A stretch of 64,000 nucleotides of DNA from the human T2T-CHM13v2.0 reference genome, Homo sapiens. A program made the position numbers and the translations under genes. Below are positions 54,526 through 64,000 of the stretch, in pieces. The DNA is taken from the NCBI RefSeq assembly GCF_009914755.1, contig NC_060927.1; one strand, given 5' to 3'. Numbering within the stretch: the first letter of the stretch is position 1; each line of letters begins with the position of its first letter. A model generated the notes under the pieces. That model did no database searches. It was not told the DNA's origin and worked only from the letters and a program-made list of their open reading frames with translations.

Positions 54526-57500
54526 TCAACAGAGAGGTTTGATAGCAGATTTATGTAGACAAAATACATAACTGGAAAACTTGAAGATAGGACCATTGAA
54601 ATTAACCAGCTTCAGGAGAAAAGAAAAAAGAAATGAGAATATAGCCTGAAAATATTTTAAAACAATATCAAACTGATGAACTTACGAATCATGAATTTTC
54701 TGGGAAGAAAATGGAGAAATGGAAGGAAATAATATTTGGAGAAACAACTTTCTAAATTTGACCAAAGACATGAAATACACATCCAAGAACCTCAATGAAA
54801 TATAAGAAGGATAAGCAAAGCTATGTGCACTAAAACACACTGTAATCAAATTGTTGAATAGAAGAGACAAAAAGAGAAACTTAAAAGAAGTAAGAGATAA
54901 GTGTCTAATTAAATATAAAAGATGCTAGAAACAACTGATTTCTTATAAAAAACATAAAAGCCAGAAGGCAATAGAATGACATGTTTAAAGTGTTGAAAGA
55001 AAAAATAATGCTAGACAAGAAATCTGTATCTGGCAAAAATGTGCTTTACAAATTGACTTTTCCAGATTAGAAAAATAAAAAAAAAATCTACAGGAGTTTG
55101 TTACCACTGTATCTACCCTAAAATAAATGTTAAAGGAAGATCATTTAGATTGAAATGAAAGGACATTACATAGTAACTCAAAGTCATATGAAGAAATACA
55201 CATTTCTGGTAAAAGTAACTACATAGGAAAATATAAACACCACTATTTAAAGAAATTGTAACTAGACATTTTATTTCTTACATTATATATAAAATAAGTG
55301 ATTAAATATTTTCATAAGTCTGTTTTGTGTCACACAATATATAAAGATATAATTTGTGACAAAAGCAACATAGGCAGATCTGTAAAAACACAGACTGTTT
55401 AAATTATTCCATTGAAAATAAATTGGTATCAAATCAAACAACACTGTTATAAATTTGGAATGTTAAGTGTATCCCTATGGTAACCACAAACAATATCTAA
55501 AGTATCATATATATATATTTATATATATAAAATAGATATCTAAAATATATATATAGAGAGATATCTAAAAGGTATATATTATAGGTAATATATATATATA
55601 TATATATACACACAAATAATACACATACATGCATACACAAAAATAAAGTTGGTAATCAAAATTGTTCACTCAAACAGCAAACAAACAAACACAAAAAAAT
55701 TAAACACCAAAGAAGGCAGTAATGGAGGAAATAAATGACAAAATAAGAAGCATAATATATATAGAAAAAAAGAAAAATAGCAGAAATAAGTCTTTTGTTT
55801 CTACTTGTATTGTTAATGGACTAAAATCTCTAATGAAAAAGTCAAAATTTGCAGAAAGGAAAAAACTAATATGATCCAACTTTATGTTCTCTATGAATAA
55901 TTAACTGTAGATCCCAAGACCCAAATAGGATAAAAATGAAAGTGGGAAAAGTATATTTCATGAAAATAGAAGCCAAAAGACAGGTGGGTAACTCTACTAA
56001 TATCAGAGAAGTCAAAGCTGTTACAAAAGACAAAATACATCATATGTTGATAATGACATCAACTCATCAAGAAGATAAAACAATCATAAACATTTTACCT
56101 CAAATTAAGAAGTACAAAAATATATGAAGTGAACCTTGATAATGAAAAAAACAATGAGTTCTAAAATAATGATTGGAGACACCAATATACTATTTTCAAT
56201 GGTGATTAGAATATCTAGACAGAACACTAAGAAAAGAGATGATTTGAACAACAGTATAAACAAGCAAGATTGAATAGACATATGTACAGAACACTCTACC
56301 CAACAACAGAAGAATATACATTTCTCTAATGCATGTACAATATTCTCTAAAATAGTCTATATGGTGACCAAAAAACAAGTCTCATTAAATTTAAAAAAAA
56401 CAGATTTTATTACATATCTTCTCCTACTAAAATGGAGTAAATTTGAAAATAATTAATGAAAGGAAAACTAAAAAGTTCACACCTATGTGGCAATTAAGCT
56501 ATAAACTGTTAAACAAAAATAGGTTAAAGAAAAATTACAAGGGAGAATGGAAAATGCATAGAAACAAATTAAGACAAAACCCCAACATTCCAAAAGCTAT
56601 AAGCTGTGGTAAAAGCATTGCTTAGAAAAATATATTGGGAAACACCTACACTTAAAAAGGAAAAGGATCCTAATTTTATACTTTGAAAAAATAGGAAAAG
56701 GAGAGAAAGCTAAATCCAGATCTAGCAAAAGAAAATAAATAATAAAGATTAAACAGACATAAATGAAACAAAGTATAGAAAAACAATGGAGAGAGTCAAT
56801 AAAACCAAAAGTCAGATTTTAGAAATGATTAAGAAAATTTACAAACCTTTGCCTAGATTGATGAAAAAAGAAAGAAGACATGAATAATTAAAAGCAAAAA
56901 TAAAAAAGTGGGGCCATTACTACTGACCATAAAGAAGTAAAATAGACTATAACAGAGTACTAGGAACAATTGTACACTAACAAATTAGATGACCAAAAGG
57001 AATGTACAAACTCCTTGAAATACACAATTTACCTAAACCGACCCAAGAATTAGATAGATCAAATAAGTATTCAAAAACCTTTCAATAAATAAAAGTCCAG
57101 AACCAGGAGACTTCATTGGCAAATTCTACCAGATATTTAAAGACAGTTTAACACTAGTATCTCTCAAATTCCTCAGAAAAAAAAAATTGAAGAGAGAAGG
57201 AACCACTTCCTAACTCATTCTGTGAGGAAAGACATCACAAGAAAATTACAGATCAATATTCCTTATAAGTGTAGTACAAAAATCCTCAACAAAATACTAG
57301 CAAACTGAATGTAGGCACATATAAAAGGCTTTTATATCATAACCAGGTGGAGTTTATTTCAGGAATGCAAGGATGGTTCAACATAAGAAAATCCAGCCAT
57401 GCAATGCTCTACATTAATAGAACAATTTAAAGAAATGCAGAATCACCTCAGCTAACCCAGAAGAGCATTTGACAAAATTCAAAACACATTCCCAATAAAA

Positions 57501-57629
57501 ACACTCAGAAAACTAAGAATTGAAGGGAAATTCCTCAACATAATTAAGCCCATAACTAATATCATACTCAAAGATAAAATTTTCTAAATTGTTATTAAAA
57601 TTACATTATGACAGTAAAGTCATTATAAT

Positions 57630-58094
57630 TGTATTAGTTTGCTATGGATGCAATAACAGAGTACAACAAACTGTGTTGCTTAAATAACAGAAATGTATTG
57701 CCTTGCATATCTTGAGAATAGAACATCAATATTGTGGTGTCAGCTGATTTGGTTCCTTTTGAGGGGTGCGAAAGATAATCTGTTTCATGCTTCTAGCCTA
57801 GCTAATAGTAGTTTTATGGCAATCCCTGTTATTCCATGGCTTGGAGAAGCATTATTTCCATCTCTACCTTCATCCTTGTATAGCATTCTACTTGTGTGCA
57901 TATCTATGTTCAAATTTTCCTTTTTATAAGGACACCAGTTATATAGAATTACGAACCCTTTCTATTCCAGTGTGATTCCAACTTAATTAATTACATAAGT
58001 AATAATACTGCATTTAAATAAGTTCACATTTGGAGGTACTGAAGTTAGGACCTCATCATATAGATTTTGAGAAGACACAATTTGTCCTGTAAGA
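57630..58094 (-). mobile_element. MLT1C LTR
   Basis: TGTATTAGTTTGCTATGG...ATAAGGACACCAGT...GAGGTACTGAAGTTAGGAC...GACACAATTTGTCCTGTAAGA, including the MLT1C-type GGCAATCCCTGTTATTCCATGGCTTG block. Confidence 0.8.
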
Positions 58095-59146
58095 GTCTTC
58101 CTTCTGTCCCCCACCAAATCCATGTCATTCTCTTTGTGCAAAATATATTAACCTATGCCAATATCAGTAAAAGTCTATCATGCCAGCATCAACTGTAAGT
58201 CCAAAATCTAAATATCATCAACCCAAAAAAAGGCTCAAATCCCACCATGTAAATTACCCAAATATTTTATAAATTAGACTTGGCACATGATTCATCCTAG
58301 GAGTATTCATCCAAATTCATCCAAATACTCAATCTCTGAACTTGTAAAACCAAAATTCAATGGTGGAACAAGTATAGAATATACATTCCTATTCCAAAAG
58401 GAAGAAATCAGAAGTAGAAAAAAAGTCTCAGGTCCCAAGGAAGTCCAGAACCTATTAGGGTAAATTTTATTACATTTTAAGTACTTCGAAAAAAAAACTT
58501 TTAGATTGGATTTTAGATCCTCTGAGTTCATCTGAGTGTTGGACACACACACACACACGGCACAGGTGTACAGGCATGGTAGCCCCACACTGAGTCCTTG
58601 GCCATAGCCCTTCCTTCTGGAACTGAGTTGGTGGATTCACCATCTGGACCAAGGAGGTAGCCCTACCCTTATGGTTGTTCTTTCCTTTTCGTGAAAGATA
58701 GCACATATTTGCAGCCAAAAAGCTCTATGGGCCCAGTTCTTGGCTGTAGAATTATAAAAGTCTAACAGATTTATTTCATTTAGTTCAGCCTCTATCCCCT
58801 GCAGTCCAAGTTGGCAAGCTTTCTGCTAAAATGGTTGATCGGATCTATAATTCAAGTATATAATCCCCTGTCGAGCAACACACTTAGTCCTCTTTCAGGA
58901 GTAAACTATCTGGATAGGTTGAGAATCTTTCAAATCAAGTGCTGTTTTCTTTCTGCTGAGCACAATCTTTTTCAGTTTATCTCCCTCCTCTCACATTTTA
59001 TTAAAGTTAGCAAAAAAAGTGCTACCCAAATACTTTGCTTATAAAATATCTTCTCTAAATATCAGGTTCATCACTTACAAGTTCCACTTTCCACTCAACA
59101 GAACACAATTCTGCCAAGTCCTCTACCACTTCATGATAAATATCAC
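58095..59146 (-). mobile_element. MLT1 (MaLR) internal sequence, partial
   Basis: Antisense polypurine tract GTCTTCCTTCTGTCCCCCACC abuts the LTR; CATTCCTATTCCAAAAGGAAGAAAT is a MaLR-int motif. Confidence 0.75.
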
Positions 59147-59264
59147 TGTGTTAGTTAACTAGTGCTGCTTGAACAAACTACCACAAATTAAGTGGCTCAG
59201 AGGGAAACTTATTGTCTGAAATTTGGGGGCTAAAAGTCCAAAATAAGAATATCGACAGTGTTGA

Positions 59265-60308
59265 TTTTTCCCTTTGTTTCCAAATTTTATTTTGGATTCA
59301 GAGGGCACATGTGCAGGTTTGTTACATGGATACATTGTATAACATTAAACACTGGGTTATAGATGATCCTGTCACCCAGGTAGTGAGCATAGTGCCCAAT
59401 AAGCAGTTTGTCAGCCTATGTTCCCCTCCCTTCTTCCCTCCTCTAGTAGTCCCCAGTGTCTATTGCTTCTGTTATGTCCATGTGTACTAAATGCTTAGCT
59501 CCCACTTATGAGAACATGTGGTATTTTGTTTTCTGCTCTTAGAATAATTTGCTTAGGATAATGGCCTCCAGCTGCAAAGGACATGATTTTGTTCTTTTTA
59601 TGACTGAGTAGTATTCCATGGTTTACATGTACTGCATTTTCTTTATCCAGTCCTCCATTGATGGGCACCTAGGTTGATTCCATGCCTTTGCTGTCATGAA
59701 TACCGCTGCAATGAACATATGAGTGTACATGCCTTTTTGGTATAATGATCTAATTTCCCTTGCATGTATACCCAGTAATGGGATTGCTGGGTCGAACGGT
59801 AGTACTGTTTTAAGTTCTATTTTCTCCATTTTGTAGTTCCGTTTTAACTTTTAGAGAAATCTACAAACTGCTTTCCACAGTGGCTGAACTAATTTGCGTT
59901 CCCACAAATGGTATATAAGCATTCCCTTTTCTCTGTAGCCTCTCCAGTATCGATTTTTGACTTTTTAATAATTGCCATTCTGATGCCAGAAGATGGGATC
60001 TCACTGTGGTTTAATTTGCATTCTCTAATGATTAGTGATGATGAGTATTATTCTGTATGTTTGTTGGCCACTTGTATGTCAGAAGTGTCTGTTCATGTCT
60101 TTTGCTCATTTTAAAATTAGGTTGTTTGTTTTTTGCTTATTGATTTATTTAAGTCCCTTGTAGATTCTGGATATTAGACCTTTGTCAGATGGATAGTTTG
60201 TGAATATTTTCTCCCATTCTGTAAGTTGTCTGTTTACACTGTTGAATATATATATGTGTATGTGTATGTATATATATATATATATGTATATATATGTGTG
60301 TGTGTACA

Positions 60309-60354
<46 letters not shown>

Positions 60355-61282
60355 TATATATATGCCATGCAGAAGCTCTTTAGTTGAATTAGGTCCCAGT
60401 TGTCAATGTTTGGTTTTGTTGCAATTGCATTGGGGGACACAGCAATAAATTATTTTCTAAAGCCAATATCAAGAAGAGTATTTCCTACATTTTCTTCTAG
60501 GATATTTATGGTTTGAGGTCTTATGTTTAAATGTTTAGTCCATCTTGAGATAATTTTTGAACATAGTGAAAAATAGGGGTCCAGTTTCATTCTCTTGTAT
60601 ATAACTAGCAAGTTACCCCAGCACCTTTTATTGAATAAAATTATCCTTTACTCATTTTTGTCAACTTTGTCAAAGATCAGGTTGTTGTAAATTTACAGCT
60701 TTATTTCCAGGTTCTCTATTCGGTTTCATTGGTCTTTGTGACCACTTTTGTACCAGTATCATGCTGTTTTGGTTACTGTAGCCTTATAATATAGTTTGAT
60801 GTTGGGTAACGTGATGCATCCAGCTTTGTTCATTTTATTTAGGATTGTTTTGCCTATTAAGTCTCATTTTTGATTCCATACTTTTTAGAATAGCTTTTTT
60901 ACTATTTTTTGCAAAAAAAGATGCTGGTATTTTCATAGGAATACCATATAATCTGTAAATTGCTTTGGGCAGTATGGTTATTTGAAGAATATTGACTTAT
61001 CCAATCCATGAGCCTGGATTACTTTTTTTATTTATTTGTGCCATGTCTGATATATCTCAGCAGTGTTTTTCTTTCTTTAGAGATCTTTCACCATCTCAGA
61101 TGTATCCCTAGGTGTTTCAATTTTTTTTTTTGCTATTGTAAATAGAATTATGTTCTTGATTTGGCTGCCAGCTATAATGTTATTTATGTATAGAAATGCT
61201 ATTGATGTTTGTACATTGTGTAACCTGAGATTTTACTGAAGTAATTTATCAGTTCTAGGGATGTTTTGATAGAGTCTATAAG
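59265..61282 (-). mobile_element. L1PA15/16-like 3' 2 kb
   Basis: TTTTGGATTCAGAGGGCACATGTGCAGGTTTGTTACATGG...GTCACCCAGGTAGTGAGCATAGT; ORF2 C-terminal peptide LPFDPAIPLLGI. Confidence 0.9.
60246..60364. repeat. Compound (TA)n/(TG)n/(CA)n microsatellite inside L1
   Basis: Directly visible. Confidence 0.95.
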
Positions 61283-61649
61283 TTTGTTTCTTCTAAGGGC
61301 TGTGAGAAAATAATCTATTCTAGGCATCTCTTTTTGGCTCAAAGATGACTATTTTCCCCCTATATCTCTTCATGCTGTCTTCCATTAATTTATATCTGTG
61401 TCCAAATTTCCTGTTCTTACAAGGCCACTAATCAGATTGAGGCCAAACCCAATGATCACACTTTAATTAATTATCTTTGTAAAGGCTTATCTCCCAATAA
61501 AGTCACATTCTGAAGTACTGGGGATTACAATTTAAACATATAAATGTTAGGGAACACAGTTCCATTTACAACATCAATAAAAATTAGAGACAATAGTCAC
61601 TGTGATTTTTTTTTCTACTAATTTGACATCAACACTACATAGTAACTAT

Positions 61650-61860
61650 GAAGTGTGCATGAAGCCAGACTGCCTTGGCATATCCCTGTCCCGCTATATC
61701 TTGAGATGTGACTTTTGGAAAGTAATTTTGTGCCTCTAGGAACTGTTCAACATAACAGATAAATAGTTTCTTTAACTGTTTTGTTACGTACCAAATGAAG
61801 TAATATTATGAAGTCCTTCAAGAAATGCTTGACACATAGTTAATGACATACATTAGTTTT
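61650..61860 (+). mobile_element. MIR
   Basis: GAAGCCAGACTGCCTTGG...GATGTGACTTTTGGAAAGTAA...AATGCTTGACACATAGT. Confidence 0.6.
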
Positions 61861-62367
61861 TACACATAGGAGTTAGATAAAGGAATTATTAGATATTTCT
61901 TTAAAAAATAATGCTTGATATCTACCAGCTTTGTCTTTCCTATGGTAGCTCCTCTTTATCGATGTTGCCCCTTGTTAATCAATTTCAATAGAAAAACTGA
62001 TTATAGCACCCTTCATTCACTACCAGAAAAAAAAAGGGGCAGACAATAATTTGGATCTTAAAAATTTGAGTCTTAAGACACATAAAATGATAGTAGCTAG
62101 ATTCTTGGATAATCTCAATGGTCATTGAAAATCTGCTGCTAAGAAACAGTAGTATTTTCTACTTCTTTTCTCCTTGAAGCAGGTCTTACAACAATTTCCT
62201 CAATTTGGAGACCTGCCTTTTTTTTTTAATAAAGATCCCAAAAAGACCTCTAAGTCTAGCAACAGAACCCATTTCAAGTTACATAATTAAGAATCTTTCA
62301 TTCTTGATTAATTACAGTTTGGTCCTTTGAGAAATTAAGTTTCAGTACTCTTAGAAATATATTATGT

Positions 62368-62503
62368 TGCTATGGTCTGAATATGTCACTTAAAATTGTT
62401 GCTGAATTTCTCAGTCTGTAGAACTGTAAGAAATAAATTTATTTTGTTTATAAGTCACTCAGTTTCTAGTATTTTTTAATAGCAGCCCAAACAGACTAAA
62501 ACA
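62368..62503 (+). mobile_element. MST/MLT1A-type LTR reduced to its two ends
   Basis: TGCTATGGTCTGAATATGTC start joined to AGAACTGTAAGAAATAAATTT...ATAGCAGCCCAAACAGACTAAAACA end. Confidence 0.75.
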
Positions 62504-64000
62504 TATAGTGTGACAATGCAAATGGATATAAACATGTCAATGATGTTCCAAGTCTCTCTTGAATGTTATGATCCCAAAGGAAGCTTGACATAACTTGTAA
62601 CACATGCTATTTAAGAGCAATCTATGATTTTCAAAAACCTGGATGACTGGGTTCAGGGCCAAAGTGGTAGAGGTGTGAGTGATGTACATTCCAACTGTTG
62701 CTAATAAACCACTTTCAAAATGTTAGCTTGGCATTACTGAAAACTCAGAGAAAAATGTGAGAGACTGAAGTGGCCATATGGGACTCTTTATCTAGCTATG
62801 TTTAAAGATACAAAAGGGGGTTTTATATTTAGCTAAGTTGGTAAACTCCATGAAAAAGAAATATGTATGTTGTAGTAGAATAAGGACATAGAGAATCATG
62901 AATCGAATTGTGGAAATCCCAGAATAGGTTTTGTTTAAATTTTTAGTGGTAAAAAATTCCAAAATTACTTCAATCTTATTTTTGAAAAACACAAGAAACA
63001 CAAACCCATAAATTATTAATAGTTGGGTCAGTAGTCTAGGCAAAAATAAATAAATAAATAAATGCTTTCTATCTGAAATGCAAGTGATAATAAGGCAATG
63101 AGAAGATGTCTGATGAAAAACCAAAGTAGTGGCTACAACATCTTGATCAGTTAAAAATAAGTGCTGTATATACTCTATAAATTTCCATCATCTTGTCCAT
63201 ATGTCTGTTTATCTAATTATTTATTTTCTCTTCTTTGCTCTAACTAATGTAATGTGAAATTTATACCTGTATATGAAAGTTTTTAGTTAAACTTTGCACT
63301 TGCTTAAGAATTTGTAGAACATATAAAAGTTATTGGGACAGAACTAAGTAACATAATGAAATTATTCAGATATTCTAGTGCCCAGATGTCTAATAGTATC
63401 TCCTTTGGACTTAATATCTAGAAATTTCCAGTCTCCACTGGGAAGGATTATTGTTTCCAATCATACAGTTGTATTTTCTTAAGTAGTTTGATTGTATTCA
63501 CAGGAATAAATGGGTGCATACACTGAGCAAACAAAGGGAAGGATATAGTTATTGGTTAATTTTAGCTATCTAACATCCTTTCACTTGGTGATTTGTGTTT
63601 TATTCAGTATGTAGCTCTGATGAAATTGCCAATAAAAGGACCAAGCTTCACTGATCACAAGAAGTAATATGGAATCCATACTATCATATTCCCATTTTCT
63701 GAAAACTTAACCATGAGTTGGGGCTTCAAGGACAGGAGGCTTCTGACATTGGGTTATCTGATGGCACAACACCAAAGAGACATTCTACACTGGTTTGAAC
63801 TGAGAGCAATGGACCTGAGACCATTCTTGAAACCAGGTATACTGGGTAATCATTTGATTTTTTTTTTTTTTTTTGCTACTCGATGTCATATTACTAAATC
63901 ATTGATTCATGTTTAATTATGTAAGCAAATATTTCTATTGCTTATAATTGAAGAATTCTTAGGATATAAACCTAAAAACAAAATAATTTTAAAAAATAAA

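Larger units (their letters stand above)
52572..57580 (+). mobile_element. Old L1M (L1M4/L1MC-type): 5' UTR, ORF1 and ORF2 up to mid-RT; 3' part absent
   Basis: GTGACATCAGCAAGATCACAGAATAG 5' end; ORF1-like AAGCCAGAAGGCAATAGAATGACATGTTTAAAGTG; ORF2-like CAGGAATGCAAGGATGGTTCAACATA and AGCATTTGACAAAATTCAA. Confidence 0.85.
59147..61573 (-). mobile_element. MLT1B/C-type LTR split by an L1 (pieces about 59147-59264 and 61283-61573)
   Basis: TGTGTTAGTT...AACAAACTACCACAAATTAAGTGGCT, resuming TTTGTTTCTTCTAAGGGCTGTGAG...AGTCACATTCTGAAGTACTGGGGATT...ACAACA. Confidence 0.75.

Noticed and set aside
60145-60448. YI/CV-rich ORFs (also 31331, 33784, 49630)
   Set aside because: Translations of TA/TG/CA microsatellites.

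Overview
Primate (human or ape) genomic DNA: very AT-rich, gene-poor, intergenic or deep-intronic. I recognise no protein-coding host gene, tRNA, rRNA or CRISPR array. The only ORFs with recognisable products are broken LINE-1 ORF1/ORF2 remnants. The window is mostly layered transposon fossils: a 5'-truncated L1PA7-like element (34.2-38.7 kb), older L1M/L1ME/L1MC/L1MA/L1PA16 pieces, L2, L3/CR1, MIRs, seven near-full-length Alus plus one Alu monomer, solo LTRs (MLT2, MER52, LTR12C, MER67, MLT1, MST/MLT1A) and DNA transposons (Tigger1 derivative, MER1B). The most distinctive structure is at 7.26-9.54 kb: an internally deleted LTR12C nested in a MER52 LTR, both with intact 4-bp TSDs, forming the only CpG island-like patch. 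Other oddities are an MLT1 unit with mismatched LTRs, an old twin-primed L1, rearranged Alus, local tandem duplications and hairpins, and possible + strand non-coding exons and TALE-HOX motif modules in repeat-poor stretches. I found no convincing new biological system. Subfamily names come from recalled consensus sequences, not a database search, and edges of old elements are approximate.
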